Shown one piece after another: positions 1 through 12,517 of a stretch of DNA of 64,000 bases. The translations under genes were made by a program, and so were the position numbers. This stretch comes from Gammaproteobacteria bacterium (lineage in GTDB: Bacteria > Pseudomonadota > Gammaproteobacteria > UBA4575): contig JBGCFN010000018.1 of NCBI GenBank assembly GCA_045106935.1, positions 22,820-86,819 on the forward strand, in the 5' to 3' direction. The notes under the pieces were generated by a model that was not told where the DNA came from, made no database searches, and saw only the letters and a program-made list of their open reading frames with translations. The number at the start of each line of letters is the position of its first letter. Position 1 is the first letter of the stretch.

Positions 1-1501
1 CAGCTGCATACGCTTCAGCATGAATATATGAAATCTCTTTAAGCTTTAAAGCCCCTTCCATGGCGATTGGATGGTGTGAGCCACGACCTAAAAATAACGC
101 ATGATTCTTATCTTTATATAACTGAGCTAGCTCTTTTATCGGATCATCAAGAGAGAGTGCTTTATTTATTCTTACAGGTAAATTAAGTAGCTGCTCAACT
201 AATATTTTCTCCATCTCAGGATGCAGACCATTTCTACGTCCGACAAGAACGACTAACATCATTAATGCAACTAATTGTGTGGTAAAAGCTTTTGTCGATG
301 CCACACCAATTTCTGGGCCTGCGTGTGTCATTAATGCTAAATCAGACTCTCGAACTAAAGAACTTTCAGGGACATTACATATAACTAAAGACCCCGCATA
401 GTTTTCTGAATTTGCTTGTAATAGTGCAGCCAGGCTATCTGCAGTTTCACCTGATTGAGAAATTGTGACAAATAATGTCCCAGGTCTTACAACATGTTTA
501 CGGTAGCGAAATTCACTTGCGACTTCTACGTGACAGTGAATACCTGCGATCTCTTCAAACCAGTATTTAGCAACTAGGCCTGCGTGGTAACTCGTGCCAC
601 ATGCAATAATTTGTATTGCCTCGACTTTATCTAGAATACCTTTTGCTTTTGGTCCAAGTATTTCATCCATCACTCGGCCATTAAGAATTCTTCCTTCTAA
701 GGTATCGGCGATTGCTCGCGGCTGCTCATAAATTTCTTTAAGCATATAATGGGGATAGTCACCCTTTTCTGCTGCATCAGAGCTTTGCTTGCTGGATTTT
801 ATTTCTCTTTCTACAAATTCACCGTTTAGATCAAATATTGAAATCTTATCGCGAGTGATTTCTGCAATATCACCATTTTCTAGATAAATAAATTTTTGAG
901 TTTCTTTTAATAATGCATGCACATCTGAAGCAATGAAGTTTTCATTCTCTCCAACACCGATAACCAATGGGCTACCGCTTCGTGCTGCAATAATTCTATC
1001 TTCATCAGTACGGTCTATCACACCAAGGGCATAAGCACCTTTTAAATCTTTTACTGTATTTTGTACGGCAAAAAAGAGTGAGTCCCCCTTTTCTAAATAC
1101 AAAACGATTTGGTGTGCAATGACTTCAGTATCAGTATCTGACGTAAACTTAAACCCTGCCTTCGACTGCATTTCCCGCAGCTCTTGGTAATTTTCTATGA
1201 TTCCATTATGAACAATTGCCACACGACCATTACAAATATGTGGATGGGCATTGTATTCTGATGGTACGCCATGGGTCGCCCAACGCGTATGTGCTATGCC
1301 GACTATTCCGCTTAAACTTGACTCCTGAAGAGCATCACCCAACTCAGAGACTTTTCCTGGTCGCCTTACTCTTTCTAGTAGTCCTTTATTCAGCACGGCC
1401 ATACCTGCAGAATCATATCCTCTATATTCTAGTCGCTTTAGCCCTTCTAATAGAATATCTGATACGTCTCTTTTTGAGATTGCTCCTACGATTCCACACA
1501 T
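1..1501 (-). CDS. glmS: Glutamine--fructose-6-phosphate aminotransferase (3' end runs off the window)
   Basis: Not in the ORF track. Reading the minus strand from ATG at 1501 gives MCGIVGAISKRDVSDILLEGLKRLEYRGYDSAG, the N-terminal Cys class II glutamine amidotransferase signature. It lies directly after glmU. Confidence 0.97.
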   Translation of the reverse strand, partial: MCGIVGAISKRDVSDILLEGLKRLEYRGYDSAGMAVLNKGLLERVRRPGKVSELGDALQESSLSGIVGIAHTRWATHGVPSEYNAHPHICNGRVAIVHNGIIENYQELREMQSKAGFKFTSDTDTEVIAHQIVLYLEKGDSLFFAVQNTVKDLKGAYALGVIDRTDEDRIIAARSGSPLVIGVGENENFIASDVHALLKETQKFIYLENGDIAEITRDKISIFDLNGEFVEREIKSSKQSSDAAEKGDYPHYMLKEIYEQPRAIADTLEGRILNGRVMDEILGPKAKGILDKVEAIQIIACGTSYHAGLVAKYWFEEIAGIHCHVEVASEFRYRKHVVRPGTLFVTISQSGETADSLAALLQANSENYAGSLVICNVPESSLVRESDLALMTHAGPEIGVASTKAFTTQLVALMMLVVLVGRRNGLHPEMEKILVEQLLNLPVRINKALSLDDPIKELAQLYKDKNHALFLGRGSHHPIAMEGALKLKEISYIHAEAYAA

Positions 1502-1523
1502 AATGAAAGTCTCCTTACTTCCT

Positions 1524-2897
1524 TTACTTCTTCTGTTTAATTGGCCGTTGCCAATTATCAATAGTTGTTTGTTTACTTCGTGATAATGTTAATTTCTCTG
1601 CAGGCACATCTTTAGTAATGGTAGATCCTGCACCGATGGTTGCTCCATCATCTATATTAACTGGCGCTACTAATTGTGTGTCTGACCCAATGAATACATT
1701 ATTTCCAATGATTGTTTGATGCTTATTTGCGCCATCATAATTGCAGCAAATTGTTCCAGCTCCTATATTCGTTTTCTCTCCAATACGTGCATCACCAATG
1801 TAACTCAAATGGTTTACTTTACTACCTGAGGCAATATTGGATTTTTTAACTTCAACAAAATTACCTAATTTCACTTTACTAGCTAAGTTTGTCTCGGGAC
1901 GTACACGAGCAAAAGGACCTATTTCACAATTTTCACCGATAGTTGAGTTTTCTATCACGGAATTTGGATGTATTACCGTTCCTGCATCTATTACGCTGTT
2001 TGTGATTACACTGTTCATTCCAATAGTGACATCATCTCCAATTGTCACTTGCCCTCTTAACATTACATTTGGCTCGATAATAATATCGTTTCCTATTTCA
2101 ATCTCACCCTCAATATAAACGCTTGAGCTATCTCGTAATGTAGCGCCATTCACCATGAGTATTTCACGTTGTCTTTGTTGATATACATTTTCCATTTGCG
2201 CAAGATGGACTCGATTATTCACGCCCATCACTTCGCTGGGATCTTCACATATAACTGCATCAACAGATTTTCCTTCTGCAACGGCAAGACCAACACAATC
2301 TGTTAGATAATATTCTTGCTGCTTATTATTGTTATCAATATTATTTAACCAGTTTATTAAGCTTTTTGACGATGCACTTAAGATACCTGTGTTTATTTCA
2401 GCTATCTTTCTGATCTCATCGTTTGCATCTTTTTCTTCTACTATTTTTTCAACGTGGCCTTGTCCATTACGTACTATTCGTCCATAGCCATGTGGATTGT
2501 CGAGTTCCGTGGTTAATATAGCCATTGAATCGCTAGGCTGTTTCTCTATTAAGGCACTTAACGTCGCTTCTTTTGCAAGCGGGACATCCCCATATAGAAT
2601 TAGAATGTTTTCATCAGCTTCTTTAGTAAAATATGGAATGGCTTGTTGGACGGCATGCCCAGTCCCTAATCTTTCTTTTTGCTCTACCCATTCTACTTTT
2701 TCATTTTGAATATCAGCCTGAACAGCTTCCCCACCATGCCCATAGACAACAATGATTCTATCTGCACCTAATTTTTCTGCGGTGGTGATGGTATGCCCCA
2801 ACATGGATTTACCCCCGACTTGATGCAGCACTTTTGGGAGTTTGCTGCGCATACGGGTGCCTTGACCAGCGGCTAATATAACGACATTTAGAGACAT
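1524..2897 (-). CDS. glmU: Bifunctional UDP-GlcNAc pyrophosphorylase / glucosamine-1-phosphate acetyltransferase
   Basis: LAAGQGTRMRSKLPKVLH motif, hexapeptide-repeat C-terminus, NYDGANKH; lies between atpC and glmS. Confidence 0.98.
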   Translation of the reverse strand: MSLNVVILAAGQGTRMRSKLPKVLHQVGGKSMLGHTITTAEKLGADRIIVVYGHGGEAVQADIQNEKVEWVEQKERLGTGHAVQQAIPYFTKEADENILILYGDVPLAKEATLSALIEKQPSDSMAILTTELDNPHGYGRIVRNGQGHVEKIVEEKDANDEIRKIAEINTGILSASSKSLINWLNNIDNNNKQQEYYLTDCVGLAVAEGKSVDAVICEDPSEVMGVNNRVHLAQMENVYQQRQREILMVNGATLRDSSSVYIEGEIEIGNDIIIEPNVMLRGQVTIGDDVTIGMNSVITNSVIDAGTVIHPNSVIENSTIGENCEIGPFARVRPETNLASKVKLGNFVEVKKSNIASGSKVNHLSYIGDARIGEKTNIGAGTICCNYDGANKHQTIIGNNVFIGSDTQLVAPVNIDDGATIGAGSTITKDVPAEKLTLSRSKQTTIDNWQRPIKQKK

Positions 2898-2980
2898 AGA
2901 TCTATTAATTCTTTGAGATAGAAAAGGTTACACTATAATTCTAGCCCATATTTTGAACTAGTTACCTTTACATAGAAATG

Positions 2981-3006
2981 AAAAAGGCAGCCATTTGGCT
3001 GCCTTT
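2981..3006 (-). terminator. Intrinsic terminator of the atp operon
   Basis: Inverted repeat AAAGGCAGCCA-TT-TGGCTGCCTTT ending in a T5 run on the minus strand, about 50 nt after the atpC stop. Confidence 0.85.
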
Positions 3007-3053
3007 ATGTTCTATTTATCTCAAAGCTTTGAATCTATTGAAGATTTGGCCAG

Positions 3054-3476
3054 TTAGACCTTCCCTCGACGGAATTTTTCGATCATTCGTAGTTGTGCTG
3101 CGGCTTCAGCCAATTCAGCCAATGCTCTGGCACTATCGACTTCAGATTGCTTATCTTTAAGAAGTTCTTCTGCATGTTGTTTTGCTTCTAACGCCATGTT
3201 TTCATCAAGATCTTCGGCTCTAATTGCTGTATCTGACAGAACGGTCACAACATCCGGCTGTACTTCTATCATTCCACCCGATACATAGATATATCGGTCT
3301 TCTTCGCCTTCAACCTCAATTTTGAGTTCTCCTGGCTTTAACCGTGTGACTAGTGGCGTATGTTGCGGATAAATACCCACATCACCAACAATGGCTGGTG
3401 CAAATACTGCATTGACGGTACCAGAGAAAATCTCTGTTTCAGCACTGACGATATCAAGTTGCATATTAGTAGCCAT
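3054..3476 (-). CDS. atpC: F1 ATP synthase epsilon subunit
   Basis: DIVSAE..IFSG, GIYPQHTPL, VSGGMIEVQP; operon position. Confidence 0.97.
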   Translation of the reverse strand: MATNMQLDIVSAETEIFSGTVNAVFAPAIVGDVGIYPQHTPLVTRLKPGELKIEVEGEEDRYIYVSGGMIEVQPDVVTVLSDTAIRAEDLDENMALEAKQHAEELLKDKQSEVDSARALAELAEAAAQLRMIEKFRRGKV

Positions 3477-3482
3477 GAGTGA

Positions 3483-4874
<1,392 letters not shown>

Positions 4875-4906
4875 TTACTTCAATCTTTAATAAATTCTTT
4901 TCAGAC

Positions 4907-5773
4907 TTATACCGCGGCTGCGCCACCAACAATCTCAGATAACTCTTGAGTAATTGAGGCTTGACGAGCTTTATTATAAGCAAGTTGTAAATCATCGATA
5001 AGGCTACCTGCATTATCAGATGCACTTTTCATTGCGATCATTCTCGCTGCCATTTCACAAGCGACATTTTCAACTACAGCGCGATAGACTATGGATTCAG
5101 CGTATCTAACTAACAGTGAATCTAATACTTCTTTAGCATCAGGCTCGTAAATATAATCCCAATGATGTTTTCTAACTTCTTCTTCATCACTTGGTAGTGG
5201 TAGTAGTGTTGATACTTCTGACGACTGCGTCATTGTATTTACAAATTCATTTTCTACTAGATGTAATCTATCTATGGTTCCATCTGAGTAAGCATCCAAC
5301 ATTACTTTTACAGGGCCGATTATTTCGTTCATATGAATGTTGTCACCTAAACCACTTGCATGTGAGACAACATTTAGACCGGATAAGCGTCTAAAAAAAG
5401 CCATGCCTTTTGAGCCGATAATACTTAAGTCTACTTCTACGCCTTGAGCTTGATATTCTTGTATTTGACGTAGTGCACTTTTAAACAAGTTAACGTTCAA
5501 ACCACCACATAGACCACGATCGGTTGAAATAATTATAAATCCAACACGCTTCACTTCTTCGCGCGCATTCATATAAGGGTGCTTATACTCTGAATGTGCT
5601 GCGGCTAAATGGTTAATTACCTGTTTAATTTTAATCGCATATGGACGTGTGGCATTCATGCGATCCTGTGCTTTACGCATTTTACTCGCGGCAACCATTT
5701 CCATTGCTTTAGTGATCTTCTGAGTATTTTTAATACTCGAGATCTGGGTACGTATTTGTTTAGCGCCAGACAT
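4907..5773 (-). CDS. atpG: F1 ATP synthase gamma subunit
   Basis: [32 protein letters not shown]. Start placed at ATG 5773 (MSGAKQIR) rather than the TTG at 5785 used in the ORF track. Confidence 0.97.
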   Translation of the reverse strand: MSGAKQIRTQISSIKNTQKITKAMEMVAASKMRKAQDRMNATRPYAIKIKQVINHLAAAHSEYKHPYMNAREEVKRVGFIIISTDRGLCGGLNVNLFKSALRQIQEYQAQGVEVDLSIIGSKGMAFFRRLSGLNVVSHASGLGDNIHMNEIIGPVKVMLDAYSDGTIDRLHLVENEFVNTMTQSSEVSTLLPLPSDEEEVRKHHWDYIYEPDAKEVLDSLLVRYAESIVYRAVVENVACEMAARMIAMKSASDNAGSLIDDLQLAYNKARQASITQELSEIVGGAAAV

Positions 5774-5778
5774 AAGTC

Positions 5779-7320
5779 TTACCAAACACCATTTGCTTTG
5801 AACGCTTCCACAGCTTTCTTGATAGCTGCTTCAATGTCATCGTTGTAATCACCAGTCTCGTTAATCTGGTCAAGAAGGTCTTTATTATTTGAACGCAAGT
5901 AATCATGCATTGCTGCTTCAAATGCAACGACTTTGTTCTTGTCCACATCATCGATATAACCTTTATCGACTGCATAAAGTGAAACTGCCATTTCGCCTAC
6001 TGTTAATGGCGAATATTGTGGTTGCTTCATTAATTCCATGACTCGCTCACCACGCTCTAACTGCTTACGTGTTTGTTCATCAAGATCTGATGCAAACTGT
6101 GAGAAAGCGGCTAATTCACGATACTGTGCAAGGGCCAAACGAACACCACCACCAAGTTTCTTAACAATCTTAGTCTGGGCAGCACCACCAACTCGAGATA
6201 CTGATAGACCCGCGTTAATTGCTGGGCGGAATCCTGAGTTAAATAAATCTGACTCCAAGAAGATTTGACCATCAGTAATTGAAATTACGTTAGTTGGTAC
6301 GAATGCAGATACGTCACCGGCTTGTGTTTCAATAATTGGTAACGCTGTCAGTGATCCTGTTTTACCTTTAACTTCACCATTGGTGAATGCTTCTACATAT
6401 TCTTCGTTAACTCGAGATGCACGCTCTAATAAACGTGAGTGCAAGTAGAACACGTCACCTGGGTATGCTTCACGACCTGGTGGTCTACGTAATAATAATG
6501 ATACTTGTCTATAAGCTACTGCTTGTTTAGATAAATCATCATAAATAATTAACGCGTCTTCACCGCGATCACGGAAATATTCACCCATGGTACAACCAGA
6601 GTAAGGTGCAATGTATTGCATTGCTGCTGACTCTGCTGCTGCCGCTGATACAATAATGGTGTGACCCATTGCATCATGCTCTTCTAATTTTCTAACTACG
6701 TTAGCGACAGATGAATTCTTTTGACCAATCGCGACATAGATACATTTAACACCCGTGCCTTTTTGGTTAATGATGGCATCTAGCGCTACTGCTGTTTTTC
6801 CTGTTTGACGGTCACCAATAATCAACTCACGTTGTCCGCGGCCAATTGGCACCATCGCATCAATTGATTTCAATCCAGTTTGAACTGGTTGGTCTACTGA
6901 TTTTCGTTCGATTACACCTGGAGCGATTTTTTCTATAGGTGCATTTAGTTTTGCTTCGATAGGGCCTTTACCATCAATGGGTTCACCCAGCGAATTCACT
7001 ACTCGTCCAAGTAACTCAGGACCTGTTGGGACTTCAAGAATGTTACCTGTACATTTTACTTTGTCACCTTCAGAAATTTCTTTGTAGTCACCAAGTACAA
7101 CGGCACCTACTGAATCTCGCTCTAAGTTCAAAGCCATACCGAATACATTGCCTGGAAATTCAATCATTTCTCCAGAGACCACATCGGCTAAACCATGAAT
7201 TCGAACAATACCGTCCGTTACTGCGACGACTGTTCCTTCTGTGCGCGCTTCTGACGCGGCTTCAAACTTATCAATACGTTGTTTGATTAAGCTTGTTATT
7301 TCTGTCGGATTGAGTTGCAT
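5779..7320 (-). CDS. atpA: F1 ATP synthase alpha subunit
   Basis: [20 protein letters not shown]. Confidence 0.99.
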   Translation of the reverse strand: MQLNPTEITSLIKQRIDKFEAASEARTEGTVVAVTDGIVRIHGLADVVSGEMIEFPGNVFGMALNLERDSVGAVVLGDYKEISEGDKVKCTGNILEVPTGPELLGRVVNSLGEPIDGKGPIEAKLNAPIEKIAPGVIERKSVDQPVQTGLKSIDAMVPIGRGQRELIIGDRQTGKTAVALDAIINQKGTGVKCIYVAIGQKNSSVANVVRKLEEHDAMGHTIIVSAAAAESAAMQYIAPYSGCTMGEYFRDRGEDALIIYDDLSKQAVAYRQVSLLLRRPPGREAYPGDVFYLHSRLLERASRVNEEYVEAFTNGEVKGKTGSLTALPIIETQAGDVSAFVPTNVISITDGQIFLESDLFNSGFRPAINAGLSVSRVGGAAQTKIVKKLGGGVRLALAQYRELAAFSQFASDLDEQTRKQLERGERVMELMKQPQYSPLTVGEMAVSLYAVDKGYIDDVDKNKVVAFEAAMHDYLRSNNKDLLDQINETGDYNDDIEAAIKKAVEAFKANGVW

Positions 7321-7359
7321 ATGAATTCCTCTTGAACTCTATAATTTTTAATCTAAATT

Positions 7360-7896
7360 CTAGTTGGTAAGCGTGTTTGATAGCTTTTCTAAACGTCCAC
7401 GTACAGAACCATCAATAACCATGTCACCTGCTCTTATGATTGCACCACCAATTAATGACTGATCAATACTTGTAGTAATTGACACTTTTTTACCAAGTCT
7501 TTTTGTGAGTGACGCTTTTATTGCTTCTATTTGTTGCTCGTCAACATCTAAAGCACTAATTAATTCAGCGTCGATTGTGCTTTCTGCTTCAGCTTGGTAG
7601 TGATGGTATAAAACTGCGATTTCTGGCAGTAGTGATATTCGGTCATTTTCTGCAAGTAATTTAATGAAATTTTTACCATGCTGATTTAATTTATCAGCAC
7701 ATACTTCATTAAATAAATCTGCAGATTGTTGTCTGTTTAAACTCGGCTGATCTAACGCGGCTTTCATTGTTGCGTCATCTGCCACCGCTGCACAAAAACC
7801 TAACATCTCGGCCCATTGATCTGCGACTCCATTAGAAGATGCATAATCATATGCTGCTCGTGCATAGGGGCGTGCTGCTGTAGTTAATTCTGACAC
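7360..7896 (-). CDS. atpH: ATP synthase delta subunit
   Basis: ARPYARA N-terminus, LIGGAIIRAGDMVIDGS; GTG start preceded by AAGGA. Confidence 0.97.
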   Translation of the reverse strand: MSELTTAARPYARAAYDYASSNGVADQWAEMLGFCAAVADDATMKAALDQPSLNRQQSADLFNEVCADKLNQHGKNFIKLLAENDRISLLPEIAVLYHHYQAEAESTIDAELISALDVDEQQIEAIKASLTKRLGKKVSITTSIDQSLIGGAIIRAGDMVIDGSVRGRLEKLSNTLTN

Positions 7897-7905
7897 ATCA
7901 GTTCC

Positions 7906-8376
7906 TTAAATTTGCGCGGCTAAATCATCAAGCACTGCTTTGTGAGCATCTGCATTAATTTCTTTATTAAGCACTCTTTCTGCACCAGCAATTGCAAGTG
8001 CGGATACTTGAGAACGTAATTGTTCTTTAGCTCGATTAATTTCTTTTTCGATATCAGAGTGCGCTGCTGTTTTAATGCGTTCGCCTTCTTGCACTGCTGT
8101 GCCTTTAGCTTCTTCAACAATATCATTTGCACGTTTCTGTGCTTGATTAATAATTTCAGATGCTTGTTGTTTAGCTTCAGTTAGCTGGGCTTGTACCTGA
8201 ACTTGTGCTTGCTCTTGAGATTGCATACCTCGTTCGGCAGCTTCTAGCCCTTCAGCGATTTTCTTTTTGCGTTCAGCTAGGGCTTCCGTAATTGGAGGCC
8301 AAACAAACTTCATGCAGAACACTGCAAAGAATAGAAACGCGATCGATTGTCCTATTAGGGTGAGATTAATATTCAC
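7906..8376 (-). CDS. atpF: Fo ATP synthase subunit b
   Basis: MNINLTLIGQ..F..FCMKFVWPP followed by coiled coil. Confidence 0.97.
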   Translation of the reverse strand: MNINLTLIGQSIAFLFFAVFCMKFVWPPITEALAERKKKIAEGLEAAERGMQSQEQAQVQVQAQLTEAKQQASEIINQAQKRANDIVEEAKGTAVQEGERIKTAAHSDIEKEINRAKEQLRSQVSALAIAGAERVLNKEINADAHKAVLDDLAAQI

Positions 8377-8410
8377 CTTTGTACCTCGCTATTGTTACGA
8401 ATTGCACAAA

Positions 8411-8656
<246 letters not shown>

Positions 8657-8699
8657 CTACTATGTTTAAGTTGTAATTTAAGATTCGACCAAAAATTTG

Positions 8700-9569
<870 letters not shown>

Positions 9570-9572
9570 CTA

Positions 9573-9944
9573 TTATTTGTTTAATACCGACATAACTACT
9601 GGCGTTAACCAGTGAGTTAGTTGCGCTAATCCAAACCCAGCCAGTAGCGCCACTGGATGAATCCATTCTTGTGTTGCAAATACGCCTGCAAAAAGAGCAA
9701 AGGTAATCATAATTTTGCCAATTTCTGCGGTGTAAATATTATTCTTCAGCTGATTCACATCGGCTGTTCGTTTACCTGTTAGTTTTCGTGCCAAATAAAA
9801 ATTTGGAATCACACAGATAAAGCCTCCGAGCAAAGCAGAAAGTGCCACTAGTTTACCTTGATACAGCAGGCAAACGGCTATTAAACAACTCACCAAGACC
9901 TGAGCGATTAATATTGTTTTTACTAGCGACTGCTTGTTAGCCAA
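9573..9944 (-). CDS. atpI: ATP synthase protein I
   Basis: Small four-TM protein with SALLGG..CVIPN and YTAEIGK motifs; first gene of the atp operon; TTG start. Confidence 0.85.
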   Translation of the reverse strand: MANKQSLVKTILIAQVLVSCLIAVCLLYQGKLVALSALLGGFICVIPNFYLARKLTGKRTADVNQLKNNIYTAEIGKIMITFALFAGVFATQEWIHPVALLAGFGLAQLTHWLTPVVMSVLNK

Positions 9945-10066
9945 GAATTTTTCAACCTATTCAGGCAGTTGCCAATAAAAGTTGATACTTTCATTCGCTT
10001 GAATTTGTTGTTTTAAAATAAGGATATACATCCTAATACTACAAACGAATCTTGCTCGCGGCGCGG

Positions 10067-10095
10067 AGTATAAGCGTTGGCGAATAAAATCTCAA
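10067..10095 (-). promoter_or_regulatory. Sigma70 promoter of the atp operon with GC-rich discriminator
   Basis: Minus strand TTGAGA-17 nt-TATACT followed by CCGCGCCGCG. Confidence 0.7.
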
Positions 10096-10154
10096 CATGC
10101 GCACATCAATAATATTAACCCGGCGCATTTATGTACTAAGTTAGTTTGCCGCTA

Positions 10155-11042
10155 CTAATTTTCGGCACCAATCTTACGCAAAATGCCATCGAGTTCATCC
10201 AAATCATTATAGTGAATCTCTATTTTACCTTTTTTAGCATTTGCACCCTGCTTAATAGCAACTGCTGCCCCCAAGGTATCCGCGATGATATTTTCTAAAC
10301 TTTGAATATTGGGGTCTTTTGTCACTGATTTGACGGGTTTTTTATCGCCATTGATAAGTTTGCGTATTGTTTGCTCAGTTTGTCGAACTGATAAACTTTT
10401 AGCCACCACGGTTAAGGCAACTTGAGATTGCTGCTGTTCGGGCAAAGACAGTAATGCTCTCGCATGACCCATGCTTAGTTTTTCTTGTTTGATTAATTCA
10501 CGCACGTCATTAGGTAGCTCTAGCAAGCGCAACATATTACTGACCGTTGCACGCGCTTTACCCAACACATCGGCCACCTGTTGGTGGGTCCAGTCAAATT
10601 CTTTGGTCAAATTAGCGATGGCAAACGATTCTTCAATAGGGTTAAGGTTTTCTCGTTGAAGATTTTCAATCAGCGCCATAGCTGCCGCAGACTCATTGTT
10701 CACTTCTTTGATGACGGCAGGAATCTTATCTAGCCCCGCTTTTTGTGCCGCACGCCAACGGCGCTCACCTGCGATGAGCTCAAATCGATTCGCCAACTTG
10801 CGCACTACAATAGGTTGAATCAAGCCTTGGCTACGAATTGAATCGGCAAGCTCTGATAGGCCTTCTTCTGTCATTGTCTGGCGTGGCTGATATGGACTGC
10901 GATCGACTAAATCAATGGCAATATAATCAAGTCCTGAGGATGGCTTGCTTTCTGCTTTGGCAGGGACCACTTCTGAGGGTGTCGACAATAAAATATCAAC
11001 CCCTAAATTACCTAGCCCTTTACGTTTTTTTTGGCTACCCAT
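10155..11042 (-). CDS. parB: Chromosome partitioning protein ParB
   Basis: PYQPR, CTPase motif GERRWRAA, ENLQRENLNPIEE, HTH region. Confidence 0.97.
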   Translation of the reverse strand: MGSQKKRKGLGNLGVDILLSTPSEVVPAKAESKPSSGLDYIAIDLVDRSPYQPRQTMTEEGLSELADSIRSQGLIQPIVVRKLANRFELIAGERRWRAAQKAGLDKIPAVIKEVNNESAAAMALIENLQRENLNPIEESFAIANLTKEFDWTHQQVADVLGKARATVSNMLRLLELPNDVRELIKQEKLSMGHARALLSLPEQQQSQVALTVVAKSLSVRQTEQTIRKLINGDKKPVKSVTKDPNIQSLENIIADTLGAAVAIKQGANAKKGKIEIHYNDLDELDGILRKIGAEN

Positions 11043-11044
11043 GG

Positions 11045-11833
11045 TTATGAAGCCCTCGGCTGTGAGGCCGCCTCTTCGCGCCTTAGCATTTCTCCCGCCA
11101 ATGCGATATAGGCTCTAGATCCTCGTGAGCCTTTGTCATAACGAATTACGGGCAAGCCATGACTGGGTGCCTCAGCTAAGGTGACATTTCGTGGAATAAT
11201 TGTTCGATAAACGTTATCACCAAAATGGATAATCAACTGCGATGACACGTCATTCGCTAAATTATTTCTAGGGTCAAACATGGTTCTAAGTACACCTTCC
11301 ACTTGAAGTTCAGGGTTTGCACTTTGGCGCACTCTCTCGATGGTCCCCAGCAAAGCTGACAAACCTTCTAATGCATAATACTCACACTGAGTTGGAATAA
11401 TGACGCTTTGTGCGGCGACAAGTCCGTTCACCGTCAACATATTTAGGGAAGGAGGACTGTCGATAAGAATATAGTCGTAGTGATCTACCACACTCTCTAA
11501 TGCACGCTTTAATTTAAATTCTCTTCCGCGCATGTCTAATAAGCCTACTTCGGCGCTGGTCAGCTGCTCATTTGATGGCAATAAGTCAAAGCCCGCTGTC
11601 TCACTCGTGACTAAGCATTCTTGAACGCTATGTTGCTCTAATAAAACATGAGCCACTGAAATTTCTACATTGCGTTTGTCTATTCCAGAACCCATGGTGG
11701 CATTACCTTGTGGGTCTAAATCGACTAATAGTACTTTTCTTTTTGCTGCGGCTAATGAAGCGGCTAAATTGACTGTAGTGGTGGTTTTACCCACACCACC
11801 TTTTTGATTCGTCACTGCAATTATTCTAGCCAT
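11045..11833 (-). CDS. parA: Chromosome partitioning ATPase ParA/Soj
   Basis: NQKGGVGKTTT, DLDPQGNAT, EYYALEG, IPRNVTLAEAPSHG. Confidence 0.97.
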   Translation of the reverse strand: MARIIAVTNQKGGVGKTTTTVNLAASLAAAKRKVLLVDLDPQGNATMGSGIDKRNVEISVAHVLLEQHSVQECLVTSETAGFDLLPSNEQLTSAEVGLLDMRGREFKLKRALESVVDHYDYILIDSPPSLNMLTVNGLVAAQSVIIPTQCEYYALEGLSALLGTIERVRQSANPELQVEGVLRTMFDPRNNLANDVSSQLIIHFGDNVYRTIIPRNVTLAEAPSHGLPVIRYDKGSRGSRAYIALAGEMLRREEAASQPRAS

Positions 11834-11838
11834 TGTAA

Positions 11839-12456
11839 TTAAACACGATCCGCCACGAGCAAATGGCGCTGAGAATGTAGTTCTGGAATTGTCATTGTGT
11901 GCACCTGAACATTTGTCAGCCCCTCGATAGCGGGCACTTCACCAGGATGCACCCCTAACATAAGCTGCACCTGCCCTTGAGGCGCACAAATGACCGTTAG
12001 CATCTTTAATGCTTTTTCCAGCGGCGCAAAAGCGCGTGATAACACCGTCATTGGGGCATCACCGGGATTATAATTTTCTATACGTGTTTGCACGACGTCC
12101 ACATTTGTTAATTTAAGGTCCATCACGACCTGTCGCATGAATCTGGCTTTTTTGCCATTTGAGTCAACAAGAGTGAATGATATGTCAGGTAGAGAAATAG
12201 CTAAAGGAATACCTGGTAATCCTGCACCACTTCCAACATCTAACACGGGTGACTTCTTTACATAAGGAAGGATAGAAAGGCTGTCTAGCAGGTGCTTTTG
12301 GATCAGTTCATCCGCGTTTGAGGTGCCAACAAGATTATAGGCCTTATTCCACTTCTGTATCATCGCAAGATAGTCTACAAAGCTATCAAGCTGATTCTCA
12401 TTAAGTGCTAGTTCTAATTGATGGGCGCCTTTTTCTAGGCGAGGACGAATTTCCAT
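11839..12456 (-). CDS. rsmG: 16S rRNA m7G527 methyltransferase
   Basis: WNKAYNL, HLLDSL, DVGSGAGLPG, SRAF. Confidence 0.96.
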   Translation of the reverse strand: MEIRPRLEKGAHQLELALNENQLDSFVDYLAMIQKWNKAYNLVGTSNADELIQKHLLDSLSILPYVKKSPVLDVGSGAGLPGIPLAISLPDISFTLVDSNGKKARFMRQVVMDLKLTNVDVVQTRIENYNPGDAPMTVLSRAFAPLEKALKMLTVICAPQGQVQLMLGVHPGEVPAIEGLTNVQVHTMTIPELHSQRHLLVADRV

Positions 12457-12466
12457 ACGTGAAACA
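12457..12466 (-). promoter_or_regulatory. parS half-site immediately upstream of the rsmG start codon
   Basis: Minus strand TGTTTCACGT-ATG: the first 10 bp of the TGTTTCACGTGAAACA consensus abut the ATG. Confidence 0.4.
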
Positions 12467-12517
12467 GAGAGGGATTATTGCTTGTCTGATTTTGCCGCGG
12501 AACAGCAAACAGTCGGA

